The notes under the pieces were generated by a model. The model saw nothing but the letters and a program-made list of their open reading frames with translations. It ran no database searches and was not told the origin of the DNA. From the NCBI GenBank assembly GCA_031268175.1, contig JAIRXR010000011.1, positions 204,930 through 236,929 of the forward strand: a stretch of 32,000 nucleotides of DNA, in the 5' to 3' direction. The position numbers were made by a program, and so were the translations under genes. This document shows, piece after piece, positions 17,688 to 27,096 of this stretch; position 1 is the stretch's first letter; every line of letters starts with the position of its first letter. This DNA comes from Puniceicoccales bacterium (GTDB taxonomy: Bacteria > Verrucomicrobiota > Verrucomicrobiia > Opitutales > JAIRKQ01).

Positions 17688-19283
17688 ATGGGTGGCAATG
17701 TCGTAATGCGCTGTGGCATGGACTCCGTCGTCCTTGCCGAGGTAGATGGGAGTGGGGGCCTTTCGAATGTCCAAAGCTACGCCGTCGCATTCGACAGGGA
17801 GCGCGGAAACACAGAGGATTGGCTGCAGGCCTTTGCCAAAACCGTTACTGGCATAGCGAAGGAAACGCGGCAGAAAATAGCGCTGATTATTCCACCGAAC
17901 AGTGAGATTTTTATCAAGCATCTGAAAATTCCGGAGCTCGGTGAAAAAAGTGCAAGGGAGGCATTTCGATTCGAGTGTGAACACGCGTTCCCAGGCGGGT
18001 CGGAGGAATGGAGCTGGGACATATACCAGACCGGAGAACAAACGACACACGCATTCGGGGTCGCCATTCGCCGGGTGGTATCGGAGCGCATCATCGACAT
18101 CCTGATTTCCAACAAAATACAATTTTCGTACATTTGCCCGGAAATATTTCTGAACACTGTGGCCATCCAAAACTACACCGACTCCCCGCAAAATTCTATG
18201 GTTGTGCACATTGGCAATGCATCTGCCTACCTGACATGCATCGGCTCGAACGTGGAGTATTTCAGGGTGCTTCCGATCGCCGGATCGCACCTAACCAAGA
18301 CGATCGCGGAAGCCCAGAAGCTTTCCGAGGCAAGAGCCGAATCGCTGCAGGTCGAATTTTTGGAAAATCCAGCCAATGAAAACCGCACATTCATGGCATA
18401 TTACGCCAAGCAATTTTCCCAGAAGCTGCGCCAGGAGCTAAAAAAATCCGAATTGTTCTACTGCAGAACGTTCAAACAGAATCCAACGGCGAAATTGTAC
18501 ATCACCGGCAGCAGGGGCAAGTTATATGAATTTTTCAAAGCCGAGGAAGGCGCCGAAGTCGTGGACATGTTCGAAGCCCTGAAAAATAGCATTGGAACGT
18601 GCATCGGCGAAGCTGAAATTGACCTCATAAAGCGCAACATCGGGGCATTTGTTGGGGCGGCTTACTGCCTAAAAAATGGGCAAGCAAAGCCGCTAAATTT
18701 GTTCTCCGCTGATTTCTCCGACCAGGTAGAGTTTCAGCGGCAGCATCTCGGCTATCTACTGGTCATGGTCCTGCTAACATTGGCCGCGTTGACAGGGCTA
18801 AAAGTTCTCACGAAGGATGCCATAAACCTGGGATCGGCGAAGGCCGCCATGGAAGCGAAATTATTCGAGACGAACATCGACATCGCGAGATATTCCGCCG
18901 CACGCGAGGCGCGGGACGAAGTGAAAGCGTTCATAGAAAATACCAAAGCGGCACTCGATTCACAGGCGGCGTGGGTGGACTTTCTAAACGATTTGCAGCT
19001 AGGGCTACAAGCGCTGCAAACGGCATGGATAGAATCGTTTACTTGGGTTGACAAAACTGATGGCACAGGCGCAACCAATGTGGAAATTGTGGCGAAAATG
19101 CTGTTCGTAGACGACGCAAGTAAATTCGCCAACGGAAAAATTGAAAAATTCATCTCTTCTCTGGCTGAAATGAAAGGCGTGGAACACGTAGGCAATATCC
19201 GCACGCTGGCGCGCAATGGCCACTCCCTATCATTCGCGTTCGACCTAGCACTGAGAAAGCAATCGGAAATTTTCATGAAATGA
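17688..19283 (+). CDS. pilM: Type IV pilus-like assembly protein, PilM (actin-like ATPase fold) fused to a PilN-like TM/coiled-coil module
   Basis: ORF 17652..19283 with its first ATG at 17688. The N-terminal ~370 aa are PilM/FtsA-like (VVHIGNASAYLTCIG, LYITGSRG). Then come one TM segment (LGYLLVMVLLTLAALTGLKVL) and a coiled-coil/PilN-like tail. The stop overlaps the next start (ATGA at 19280-19283). Confidence 0.7.
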   Translation: MGGNVVMRCGMDSVVLAEVDGSGGLSNVQSYAVAFDRERGNTEDWLQAFAKTVTGIAKETRQKIALIIPPNSEIFIKHLKIPELGEKSAREAFRFECEHAFPGGSEEWSWDIYQTGEQTTHAFGVAIRRVVSERIIDILISNKIQFSYICPEIFLNTVAIQNYTDSPQNSMVVHIGNASAYLTCIGSNVEYFRVLPIAGSHLTKTIAEAQKLSEARAESLQVEFLENPANENRTFMAYYAKQFSQKLRQELKKSELFYCRTFKQNPTAKLYITGSRGKLYEFFKAEEGAEVVDMFEALKNSIGTCIGEAEIDLIKRNIGAFVGAAYCLKNGQAKPLNLFSADFSDQVEFQRQHLGYLLVMVLLTLAALTGLKVLTKDAINLGSAKAAMEAKLFETNIDIARYSAAREARDEVKAFIENTKAALDSQAAWVDFLNDLQLGLQALQTAWIESFTWVDKTDGTGATNVEIVAKMLFVDDASKFANGKIEKFISSLAEMKGVEHVGNIRTLARNGHSLSFAFDLALRKQSEIFMK

Positions 19284-20185
19284 AAAAATTTTTTTTCAGA
19301 CGCCACTGCCTGTTTTTTACCACGCTGATCATTCTGGTCATGTGCCAAATATTGATTCTTAGGCACTGCTTCAGGGCATACGGCAATAAGATTCTGCAAA
19401 GGGACGGCATTGCCGCCCTGACAGACACCCTGCGCATCAAGAGGGAACAGCTGCCGAAAAATCACCTGGAGGCGGAAAGAGAAATGGTAATCGAATTGGA
19501 AAAGTACAAGAAATTCATCGCAGAAACATGGCCAACGATGATTGAAATGGCGGCGATCAACAATCCGGATACCGTTCCACCGAACCACGTTGCCGCGTTC
19601 TTCGACATATCAAATTACCTACTATGGGCGAGAGAATCCTGCGATGCGCTCGGCGTAGAATTCGAACCAACCTGTTCGTTCGGATTCAAAGACATATTCG
19701 AAAGAAATGAGCAGCCACTTGCCTCGGAAATTTTCGACGTACACCGGCAAAAGGAGCAACTCCAATTGCTGCTTTCCTATCTGATGGAGTCGCGATCTTC
19801 CTACTTGAAAATAGTTTCCGTGGAGCGCGGTGACGATTCGCGATCGGCATACTTCGACAACGACGATGTGTTTCAGCCGGATATCAGGCAAATCGACGAA
19901 ACCGTATCGCATCTTTACAGGATAAATTTTACCGCATTCACCGATTCATTTAGGAATTTTCTAAAAAAATTATACACTAACAACATTCCGGTTATTTTTC
20001 GCCAGATTTCCGTAAAACCGAATCACACGTTCAAACTAACGAAGAACAATCCTGGGCAAATATCCGAATGCCTCGCAGCGAACTACTCCGTTGTGATCGA
20101 GTTTCTAGACATTCCACAGGCTCTTTTTAAAAGCAGAAAAAACGCAGCGATTTACAGGAAAATTTTATACCAGACGGCCCACTAG
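19280..20185 (+). CDS. Amuc_1100-like / PilO-like pilus-associated membrane protein (tentative)
   Basis: 301 aa with an N-terminal TM segment (CLFFTTLIILVMCQILIL) and a coiled coil. Segments (AAFFDISNYLLWARESCDALGVEFEPTCSFGF; QLQLLLSYLMESRSSYLKIVSVER) parallel, from memory, Akkermansia Amuc_1100, which also follows pilM. It is translationally coupled to pilMN. Confidence 0.4.
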   Translation: MKKFFFRRHCLFFTTLIILVMCQILILRHCFRAYGNKILQRDGIAALTDTLRIKREQLPKNHLEAEREMVIELEKYKKFIAETWPTMIEMAAINNPDTVPPNHVAAFFDISNYLLWARESCDALGVEFEPTCSFGFKDIFERNEQPLASEIFDVHRQKEQLQLLLSYLMESRSSYLKIVSVERGDDSRSAYFDNDDVFQPDIRQIDETVSHLYRINFTAFTDSFRNFLKKLYTNNIPVIFRQISVKPNHTFKLTKNNPGQISECLAANYSVVIEFLDIPQALFKSRKNAAIYRKILYQTAH

Positions 20186-20196
20186 AATCACAAGTA

Positions 20197-21600
20197 CTAG
20201 GTGGCGCCTTCGGTAAACATTTGGATGACGCAGTCCATCACACCATTTCCCATGGCTGCAACTATGCGGTCGTTTTCTAGGATAACGTCCGAAGCCGACG
20301 GCACCCTGGCATCGAAATTGCGCATGAGAGAAACCAAAACGCAGCCACGCGGCAATCCGAGCTCCCTAATTTCCTTTCCAACGAGGCCGCATGATTTTTC
20401 GATCCTAAATTCCACGAAGGAGCAATGGCAATCCGAAACATCCGAAAGGACATGGTGACTCTTCGGAGATACGTAGTTGATTAATTCTCTAGCCGTTGCT
20501 ACGCGCTTGGAAACGATCTTCTCTATGCCGAGAAGGCCGCTTATATTCGACAGCACGGATTCGTATTTACCATCGTTCAGCGCCAGCATGACGCATTTTA
20601 CGCCGAGGTGCTTCGCCTGCATAGCGACCATTGTGTTTTTTTCATCATCGTCGGAGCAGGCAACAAAATGGGAACCGTTCGGCACATGTTCCTCATTGAG
20701 AAGATCAGGCGCGGCCGCATCGCCGTTGATTACTGTAATATTTGGGAACTCGGCAGCCAGCCTTTCGCAGACATCAAGTGATTCTTCTATGGCAACGACT
20801 CTATACTTCGAGGAATTCAGATATCTGATTAGCGCGCGCGCGATGCCAGACGTGCCAAAAATTGCCACGCCGATGGCCGAGGTTGCCCCGTGCATGCTCA
20901 ATTTTTCGAGCAGCGACGCTATGTCGTCGTGCTTCCCAACAACCGTTACCACGTCGCCATCCGAAACTATGGTCTCCGGCGTTGGAACTGCGTCGACGCC
21001 GTCACGCGTAATGAACACAATTCTCACATTGGCCAGAGCGTCTATGTCGCGCAGCGCACGGCCCAGGCACTTTGACTTTGGAGTTACGGCACACCTCTGA
21101 ATTTCAATTTGATTGAAGGCGATATTTTCAACGGTTACGTTCCTGGGAGTCCTTATGACTTTTGCAAATTCAGCGGCACATATCCTGCTCGGGTCCACGA
21201 TCATGTCGATGGCGAAATGCCTCTGGTAATACCCACCACAGCTCGAAAAATTTGACATGAACATTGCGGAATTCGTGCTGGCGACGGTATTTTTGGCACC
21301 CAAGGCCTTTGCCACGGACGCTGAGATCATGTTCGCCGATGCGTCATTGCCCACGGACAGGAAAAAATCACATTCGCCGGCACCGGCGCTGCGCATCGCA
21401 TCTATGTCCCTCATGTCTCCGTTTACAATCGCCACGTTGTACTTATTCTGCAGCGCATCGATTACCCTCGGGTCCTTTTCGATGACGACGACGGAATCGC
21501 CGCGCCTGCTGAAGGTCATGCAAAGGAAATCACCAATCTCCCCGCAACCTCCTATGATTATTCGCATAGCGTCGCGCACTACCGATCCCAACTTTGCCAT
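20197..21600 (-). CDS. trkA: Trk potassium-uptake system NAD-binding subunit TrkA
   Basis: Two TrkA-N Rossmann domains (RIIIGGCGEIG...VVVIEKD; IAIFGTSGIARAL...VVAIEES) and two TrkA-C domains (DGDVVTVVG; ENDRIVAAMG). The ATG at 21600 overlaps the upstream stop (TGATG). An alternative ATG is at 21567. Confidence 0.85.
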   Translation of the reverse strand: MAKLGSVVRDAMRIIIGGCGEIGDFLCMTFSRRGDSVVVIEKDPRVIDALQNKYNVAIVNGDMRDIDAMRSAGAGECDFFLSVGNDASANMISASVAKALGAKNTVASTNSAMFMSNFSSCGGYYQRHFAIDMIVDPSRICAAEFAKVIRTPRNVTVENIAFNQIEIQRCAVTPKSKCLGRALRDIDALANVRIVFITRDGVDAVPTPETIVSDGDVVTVVGKHDDIASLLEKLSMHGATSAIGVAIFGTSGIARALIRYLNSSKYRVVAIEESLDVCERLAAEFPNITVINGDAAAPDLLNEEHVPNGSHFVACSDDDEKNTMVAMQAKHLGVKCVMLALNDGKYESVLSNISGLLGIEKIVSKRVATARELINYVSPKSHHVLSDVSDCHCSFVEFRIEKSCGLVGKEIRELGLPRGCVLVSLMRNFDARVPSASDVILENDRIVAAMGNGVMDCVIQMFTEGAT

Positions 21601-22205
21601 CACATCAGCAGCAACGAATTAATTTTCTCGCACAGCGCCTTTCCGTAATTTCCGCCAGGCGACCACTTCGTTGTCAAACCATCAATAGTCCTCGCGCACC
21701 CACGCTCTATGAGATCAAACCTCGGATCGATGCAATTGTTTATGAGGGATAGCCGAGATCCATAGGCCTTCAGGTGTTGCACGTGTGCGCGAATCCCGTC
21801 CCGTATGCTGAAAAAGCACGCTCCGTAAACGTCATACCCCATGGTACCAAGGCTGCAAAAGTTATTTTGCCTTTTGTTAATGGCCCCACCAAATTTCAAA
21901 AAATTAGTCTCGTGGCACATCTGAGCAAAAGCTATGTCGTGATTTATGCCCTCGTAACTGGATTCAAAGACATACACCTTGACTATGTACTGCAACCTAG
22001 TCGAGCTCAATCTGTCGTTGTGCTGTCTGATATAGTCAATCATCATTCGCTCCGTCGCCCTTCCTCTGCCTATGAGGCTGTAATTGCCTCCGATGGGTTT
22101 GCGCGAAGGTTTCTTGGTTCCACGGAGGCAGTGACACGAACACCCTGCAAAAAACAATGGCAAAAACAGAATCAGCGGAAGTGCAAAATTTTTTATAATT
22201 TTCAT
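21600..22205 (-). CDS. Lipoprotein with a glucosaminidase-type peptidoglycan hydrolase domain
   Basis: The ATG at 22205 gives MKIIKNFALPLILFLPLFFAGCS, a lipobox ending in Cys. The body carries AQMCHETNFLKFGG...NNFCSLG, which resembles the PF01832 glucosaminidase A-Q-x-x-x-E-(S/T)...NN-x-x-G pattern. Confidence 0.55.
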   Translation of the reverse strand: MKIIKNFALPLILFLPLFFAGCSCHCLRGTKKPSRKPIGGNYSLIGRGRATERMMIDYIRQHNDRLSSTRLQYIVKVYVFESSYEGINHDIAFAQMCHETNFLKFGGAINKRQNNFCSLGTMGYDVYGACFFSIRDGIRAHVQHLKAYGSRLSLINNCIDPRFDLIERGCARTIDGLTTKWSPGGNYGKALCEKINSLLLM

Positions 22206-22256
22206 GGATGCGAAACTCGCCGTGCGGTTATAAAGAAACACGCCAATTTGCAACTA

Positions 22257-23312
22257 TCATTCATTGTCGAACCAGACGGATAAATCCTGCAAAACCGTAC
22301 CTGTTCCGTTTGCCACCGCACTAAGCGGATCGCTTGCCATGACAACCGGAAGCCCTGTTTCCGCCGCAATCAAAATATCCAAATTTCTCACCATTGCACC
22401 GCCGCCGGCTAGAACTATGCCGCGGTCAACCAGGTCTGACGACAGCTCCGGAGGGCACTGTTCGAGCGCTATTTTGACGATATTTACGATCGAGGCGAAG
22501 GAATCCTTCAGCGCCTCCCTGATTTCGCTCGACGCAATCGTTATCGTCCTCGGCAAGCCGACCATCGCATCACGTCCTTTTATCGACACGGAAAGTTCTT
22601 CATCCAATGGTGTCGCCGAACCAATTCGAATTTTCAGTTCCTCCGCCGTACGCTCCCCAATTATCAGATTATATTCACGCTTGACGTAATTTATTATGCT
22701 GTGGTCCATCTCGTCGCCGCCGACGCGTATGCTCCGAGAAAACACCACGCCATTGAGGGACAGAATCGCGACCTCCGTCGTGCCACCGCCGATGTCGACT
22801 ATCATGTTCGCGGCCGGCTCGTCGATGGGCAATCCGGCACCTATGGCCGCAGCCATCGGTTCCTGAATCAGCAGCACATCGCGGGCACCGGCGTGGATCG
22901 TTGCCTCCCTGACGGCACGCTTTTCCACCTCGGTTATGCCGGACGGAACGGCGATTATTACGCGTGGCGGGACCAGTCGCATTGACTTCGACACCTTGCC
23001 GATGAAATAGCGCAGCATCGCCTCGGTAACCTCGAAGTCGGCGATTACTCCATCCTTCATTGGTCGCAAAGCGACTATGCTTCCCGGCGTTCGGCCAAGC
23101 ATTTTCTTTGCTTCGGCGCCGACGGCCCGTATGCGGCGGGACGTCGTGTATACGGCAACAACGCTCGGTTCTCTGAGGACGATCCCCCTGTCGCGGACAA
23201 AAACCAACGTATTCGCCGTCCCCAGGTCGATGCCAATGTCATGGGACCAAACCCCGAAAAGATTGGCAAAAAAATTCGTTATCGCATTTTTGAAAGTGAA
23301 CGCCATTCCCAC
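22257..23312 (-). CDS. mreB: Rod-shape-determining protein MreB
   Basis: 351 aa with HDIGIDLGTANTLVFV, RPMKDGVIADFE, DIGGGTTEVAILSL and GIVLAGGGA. This is an unambiguous MreB. The start is GTG 23312 or ATG 23306. Confidence 0.92.
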   Translation of the reverse strand: MGMAFTFKNAITNFFANLFGVWSHDIGIDLGTANTLVFVRDRGIVLREPSVVAVYTTSRRIRAVGAEAKKMLGRTPGSIVALRPMKDGVIADFEVTEAMLRYFIGKVSKSMRLVPPRVIIAVPSGITEVEKRAVREATIHAGARDVLLIQEPMAAAIGAGLPIDEPAANMIVDIGGGTTEVAILSLNGVVFSRSIRVGGDEMDHSIINYVKREYNLIIGERTAEELKIRIGSATPLDEELSVSIKGRDAMVGLPRTITIASSEIREALKDSFASIVNIVKIALEQCPPELSSDLVDRGIVLAGGGAMVRNLDILIAAETGLPVVMASDPLSAVANGTGTVLQDLSVWFDNE

Positions 23313-23324
23313 GTATTGCGGCGG

Positions 23325-23352
23325 AAAGTAGCAAAGCGATGCCGTCTTGCAA
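23325..23352 (-). promoter_or_regulatory. Possible sigma70-like promoter for mreB
   Basis: On the minus strand: TTGCAA (23352-23347), a 16-nt spacer, then TACTTT (23330-23325). There are 12 nt to GTG 23312. Confidence 0.3.
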
Positions 23353-23398
23353 GAAAAATTATGCCTTTGCTTTTTCGCGAAAACGCGGTGAATTTTTA

Positions 23399-24031
23399 CT
23401 ATCGAAATTCGCCCATTTTTCTAGCAATTCCGCCGAAAATCATCGATTTTTTAGGTAAAATTGTGCCGGGATTGATCACTGAATTGCAAGAAATTTCCGA
23501 ATAGTCGCCGACTATCGCACCCATTTTTCTAAGTCCCGTTGGAATTCGCTTTTCTCCGTAGCGCGCGGTGATTTCCATCTTGTCCAGGCGCAAATTCGCC
23601 AAAATTACGCCAGCACCTAGGTGCACGAAATTTCCAAGAACGGAGTCGCCAACGTAGTTAAAGTGCGGAATCTGCACGCCATCTAGGAGGATGGAATTTT
23701 TCAATTCGCAGGAATTGCCCACCAAACAATTTTTTCCAATGATGGCGTTCCCCCGTATGTAGGCGAACGGGCGAATAGTGGTCCCTTCACCGATGTACGC
23801 AGGGCCGTCTATGACACACACAGGCGGCAGCTGGACAGACTCGTGGATGAAAGCATCCTTGCCGATGTGGCAGCCCGCCGGTCTATCCCGCTTGGCTTGC
23901 GGAAATATTCCGATTGCCCATGCGATCGCGGCACCTATGCCACTCAGCCATTGAACGGGGTTCTCTTCCAGAGAAAAATGTTCGGCAAATATCCACGGCG
24001 ACTCGACGGAAAAAAATTCTTTCGCTATCAT
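23399..24031 (-). CDS. Left-handed beta-helix (hexapeptide-repeat) acyltransferase, GlmU C-terminal-like
   Basis: 210 aa with successive hexapeptide turns (IGEGTTIRPFAYIRGNAIIGKNCLVGNSCELKNSILLDGVQIPHFNYVGDSVLGNFVHLGAGVILAN). There is no nucleotidyltransferase domain. Confidence 0.55.
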   Translation of the reverse strand: MIAKEFFSVESPWIFAEHFSLEENPVQWLSGIGAAIAWAIGIFPQAKRDRPAGCHIGKDAFIHESVQLPPVCVIDGPAYIGEGTTIRPFAYIRGNAIIGKNCLVGNSCELKNSILLDGVQIPHFNYVGDSVLGNFVHLGAGVILANLRLDKMEITARYGEKRIPTGLRKMGAIVGDYSEISCNSVINPGTILPKKSMIFGGIARKMGEFR

Positions 24032-24034
24032 AGT

Positions 24035-25168
24035 TCATTCGAACCTTCTTTTGAGTTTCTGAAAAAATCCACCGCCGCCAGATCTATGCAAATTTTCAAA
24101 CTCTTGCAATTTTTCTTTTTCCTCCTTTGACAGCTTCGTCGGCACGTCGACGGTAATTTTTACATATTGATTGCCGCGGGCGTCGCGCTGGTTCAAAATT
24201 GGCATGCCGTGCCCCCTGATGCGAAAGCTTGTCCCAGGCTGTGTTCCCGGTGGAATCTTGAGATTTGCATGGCCATCCATGGTCTCAATTTGAATTTCGC
24301 CGCCCAGGGCCGCTGTCGCGAACGATACCTTTTGCGTGCAGTGCAGGTCATCGCCCTGGCGAACGAATCTGCCATCCTCTTCGACGTAGATGGTCACGTA
24401 CAGATCTCCGCCCGGGCCGCCATTTGTTCCGGCTCCTCCGGCGCCGCTCATCCGCAGGTTCGCACCTTCAAATACTCCAGCTGGTATTTTTATCTTTGTC
24501 GTGCACTGCTCCCGCACGCGGCCAGACCCCTTGCAATTGGCGCATGGCACATCGATTTTCGTCCCGACGCCGTGGCAATCCGGGCATGTTTGCTGCATGC
24601 TAAAAAATCCCTGGCGCATGGAAAAAATCCCCGTTCCGCCACAGGTTTTACAGGTAACTTTTTTTGATCCCGGGGAGGCGCCGCTGCCGCCGCACTTGCT
24701 ACAGGTAACGTACCTCGAGTATTCTATCGTTTTTTCAACGCCCTTGAAAGCCTCATCGAGCGTTATATTTAAATTGTAGCGCAAATCCTTGCCGGCCTGC
24801 TTGCCGGAATGGCTGGCACCTCCACCGCCGAAGCCGAAAAAATCACCGAAGCCTTCTCCGCCGAATACATCGCGGAACACGTCAAAGGGGTCGTGAAAAT
24901 CTCCGGAACTTCGCCCGCCACCGCTGGAGCGCATGCCGCCCTGCTGGAATGCGTCGTGGCCGTACCGGTCGTAGGCGGCACGCTTATCGGCATCCTTCAA
25001 AACTTCATAGGCCTCCGCAACTTTCTTGAATTTTTCCTCGGCGGCCTTGTCGCCGGGATTTTTGTCCGGATGGTATTTTACCGCCATCCTGCGGTAGGCC
25101 TTCTTAATGTCCCCATCGGAAGCATCCTTCGCCACTCCAAGAACGTCGTAATAGTCGAATTGGCTCAT
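24035..25168 (-). CDS. dnaJ: Molecular chaperone DnaJ
   Basis: The ATG at 25168 gives [12 protein letters not shown]...YHPDKNPG (J-domain). A G/F-rich linker follows, then four CxxCxGxG zinc-finger motifs ([32 protein letters not shown]). Confidence 0.92.
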   Translation of the reverse strand: MSQFDYYDVLGVAKDASDGDIKKAYRRMAVKYHPDKNPGDKAAEEKFKKVAEAYEVLKDADKRAAYDRYGHDAFQQGGMRSSGGGRSSGDFHDPFDVFRDVFGGEGFGDFFGFGGGGASHSGKQAGKDLRYNLNITLDEAFKGVEKTIEYSRYVTCSKCGGSGASPGSKKVTCKTCGGTGIFSMRQGFFSMQQTCPDCHGVGTKIDVPCANCKGSGRVREQCTTKIKIPAGVFEGANLRMSGAGGAGTNGGPGGDLYVTIYVEEDGRFVRQGDDLHCTQKVSFATAALGGEIQIETMDGHANLKIPPGTQPGTSFRIRGHGMPILNQRDARGNQYVKITVDVPTKLSKEEKEKLQEFENLHRSGGGGFFQKLKRRFE

Positions 25169-25169
25169 C

Positions 25170-25817
25170 TTACGCCCGCTCTGAACTTTCGACCGTGTCA
25201 CTGTGGCATGAAACAACTACAGTGGCCGGGCGAAGTAATCTGTCGTTGAGTTTATAGCCCTTCCTGTCGACGGCAGTAACAAGGTCGTTTTCTTTGCCAT
25301 CGTCCACGGCACGCCGCACGCAGTCGTGAGCGTGAATGTCAAATTTCTCGTTCAGTGGGTAAATTTCCCGCAGGCCGTAGGATGCCAGCAGATTTTTAAA
25401 GCTTGAAAAAATCATCCTAAAGCCATCGCATACTTTCCCGTCCCCGTGCTGCTCACAGGCGGCTAAGCCGAACTCGAAATTGTCCAAAACCGGCAGTAGG
25501 CTTTCCACGATCTCGGCGGTCGCACTGTTCCTTATTTCGAGGCGTTCCCGTTGGAAGCGCTTTTTGCAGTTTTCCAAATCAGCCATGGCACGCAGCATGG
25601 CATCTCTACAGCCATCGACCTCCATTTGCTTCTCCTCCAACTGCTTTTTCAGATACGCTTCGCCATCGGTCGGCATCTGTGCATCGTCACCTTCCGACCC
25701 GCCAAAATCACCTTCGCTGCAACCGGCGAAATTTTCGCACTCCGGCGGCTCCCCGCCTGCGCCGCTGGTTGCCGTCGGCGAAATTTTACCGTTTTGTGAT
25801 TTAACCTTACCTGTCAT
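25170..25817 (-). CDS. grpE: Nucleotide exchange factor GrpE
   Basis: 215 aa with an acidic N-terminus and a coiled coil ([16 protein letters not shown]). Also LLPVLDNFE and a C-terminal beta-domain ([16 protein letters not shown]). Its stop lies 1 nt before the dnaJ start. Confidence 0.9.
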   Translation of the reverse strand: MTGKVKSQNGKISPTATSGAGGEPPECENFAGCSEGDFGGSEGDDAQMPTDGEAYLKKQLEEKQMEVDGCRDAMLRAMADLENCKKRFQRERLEIRNSATAEIVESLLPVLDNFEFGLAACEQHGDGKVCDGFRMIFSSFKNLLASYGLREIYPLNEKFDIHAHDCVRRAVDDGKENDLVTAVDRKGYKLNDRLLRPATVVVSCHSDTVESSERA

Positions 25818-26034
25818 AGCATGAAAACAAGACTAGCAAAAAATGTACCAGAGAATGAATGTTGTCAACTTTCAAGTGTAAAAATATGCGCCGGCGTCCG
25901 ACGCGGCAAAAATTCTCTCCGCCATCCACACTAGCCGCGCCACGGCACATAATCAAAATTACGGCCGCGAAATGCAATTTTAGGTGAAAATCGTTGATTT
26001 TTCACGTCAAAGGAACAGAACTTCGTTTGTTCCG

Positions 26035-26120
26035 GCTCGAGTGGCGGAATGGTAGACGCTGAGGACTTAAAATCCTTTGCCAGCAATGGCGTGCGGGTTC
26101 GAATCCCGCCTCGAGCACCA
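26035..26120 (+). tRNA. tRNA-Leu (anticodon UAA), class II long variable arm, CCA encoded
   Basis: GCTCGAG-TG-GCGGAATGGTAGACGC-T-GAGGA-CTTAAAA-TCCTT-variable arm-GCGGG-TTCGAAT-CCCGC-CTCGAGC-A-CCA. Confidence 0.9.
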
Positions 26121-26207
26121 AATTCCACGCAATTGGGCGAAATTTCGCCGCCGTTGCGCATCCGATTTGGGCAATTTCCCATTGCCAATTTCGCGCATTT
26201 TCCAACG

Positions 26208-26957
26208 ATGCTGGCCGTGAATATTCCACTAAATTTGAGCGTTGGAGAACTGGTTGCGCGACCAAATCGATTCATATTCGATGGAATCGCCGACGGCCAC
26301 CACCGGCGCTGGCATTGTCCGGTTACTGGCAGCATCGGACTCATTGGAGATTTTCGCGGCATTCCATGCCTTTTTACTCCGGCCGCTAGCGGCAGTAATC
26401 GCACGACGCAGGGAACGGTCGAAGCCATCTCCCTCGACGGCGGACAAAATTGGATTGGGATCAACCAAAATCGCATCAACGGGTGGGTCGAAAAACTTTT
26501 GCAAAAGAACGCGCTGCCTGCCATGGTGGACAGCGGTGGATGCGCCATTCGCCACGAGGTACGGGTCGACGATTCTCGCATAGATCTCGTCATAGAAGGT
26601 GGCGATAGGCGCACATTTTTGGAAATTAAGACGCCGACGCGCGATCTACTCCTCGCGCCAGGGGATACTTTCACACGACCGCCATCCCAGGCATATTTCG
26701 ACCGCGGACTGCGCCATTTCAAAACGCTGGCCAAATTGGCGCAGGGAGGAGATCGCACCATCGTTGCCCTCTGCTTCATGTACGATGCCCAGCCCTTTGT
26801 TCCGGTCGCAAGGGACAAATGGAACGCAAAAATAATCGACACCATCGCCGAAGCGAACGCCAGCGGCGTGGAAAATTGGCAGATCAATCTAAAAATTACG
26901 CCTACGGCACTGTGTGTTGTTAGCTGCTTCCACAGCTACTACGATGCAAATCTCTGA
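26208..26957 (+). CDS. sfsA: SfsA-family nuclease (sugar fermentation stimulation protein homolog)
   Basis: ORF 26049..26957, whose 5' part reads through the tRNA. The ATG at 26208 gives MLAVNIPL..GELVARPNRFIFDGI...HCPVTGSIG...GINQNRIN...DDSRIDLVI...FLEIKT...YFDRGLRHFKTLAKL...GVE. This follows the SfsA pattern (RPNRF, HCPNTG, RxDF, EVK, RGxKHL). Confidence 0.8.
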   Translation: MLAVNIPLNLSVGELVARPNRFIFDGIADGHHRRWHCPVTGSIGLIGDFRGIPCLFTPAASGSNRTTQGTVEAISLDGGQNWIGINQNRINGWVEKLLQKNALPAMVDSGGCAIRHEVRVDDSRIDLVIEGGDRRTFLEIKTPTRDLLLAPGDTFTRPPSQAYFDRGLRHFKTLAKLAQGGDRTIVALCFMYDAQPFVPVARDKWNAKIIDTIAEANASGVENWQINLKITPTALCVVSCFHSYYDANL

Positions 26958-26961
26958 TAAA

Positions 26962-27049
26962 TGGCGGAGAGAGAGGGATTCGAACCCCCGGTGCCTTGCG
27001 GCACATTCGATTTCGAGTCGAACACAATCGTCCACTCTGTCATCTCTCC
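26962..27049 (-). tRNA. tRNA-Ser (anticodon CGA), class II, CCA encoded
   Basis: The reverse complement reads GGAGAGA-TG-...-TTCGA-CTCGAAA-TCGAA-long variable arm (TGTGCCGCAAGGCACC)-GGGGG-TTCGAAT-CCCTC-TCTCTCC-G-CCA. Confidence 0.9.
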
Positions 27050-27096
27050 GAAATTCAACGGGAATATCTAAAAATTGCGGCGAAAATTCCCATGCG

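Noticed and set aside
17565-19588. Minus-strand ORFs 17565..18290 (241 aa) and 18752..19588 (278 aa) overlapping pilMN and the next gene.
   Set aside because: They are antisense to a coherent PilM-PilN fusion and its translationally coupled partner. They have no motifs or TM logic of their own.
25842-25876. A heat-shock promoter or CIRCE operator upstream of grpE. The minus strand has CTTGAAA (25876-25870, a sigma32 -35-like element) overlapping TTGACA (25868-25863).
   Set aside because: No CCCCATNT-like -10 element lies at 13-15 nt. The only sigma70-type -10 candidate (TACATT) has a short 15-nt spacer. No TTAGCACTC-N9-GAGTGCTAA inverted repeat is present. This is too weak to annotate.
25931-26887. 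A 318-aa minus-strand ORF, longer than any plus-strand alternative, spanning tRNA-Leu and the sfsA region.
   Set aside because: It runs antisense through a clean tRNA-Leu and through a plus-strand ORF with clear SfsA motifs (RPNRF, HCPVTG, EIKT, RGLRHF). Its own sequence is Ser/Arg/Pro-rich with no motif. This is a mirror ORF caused by stop-poor antisense composition.
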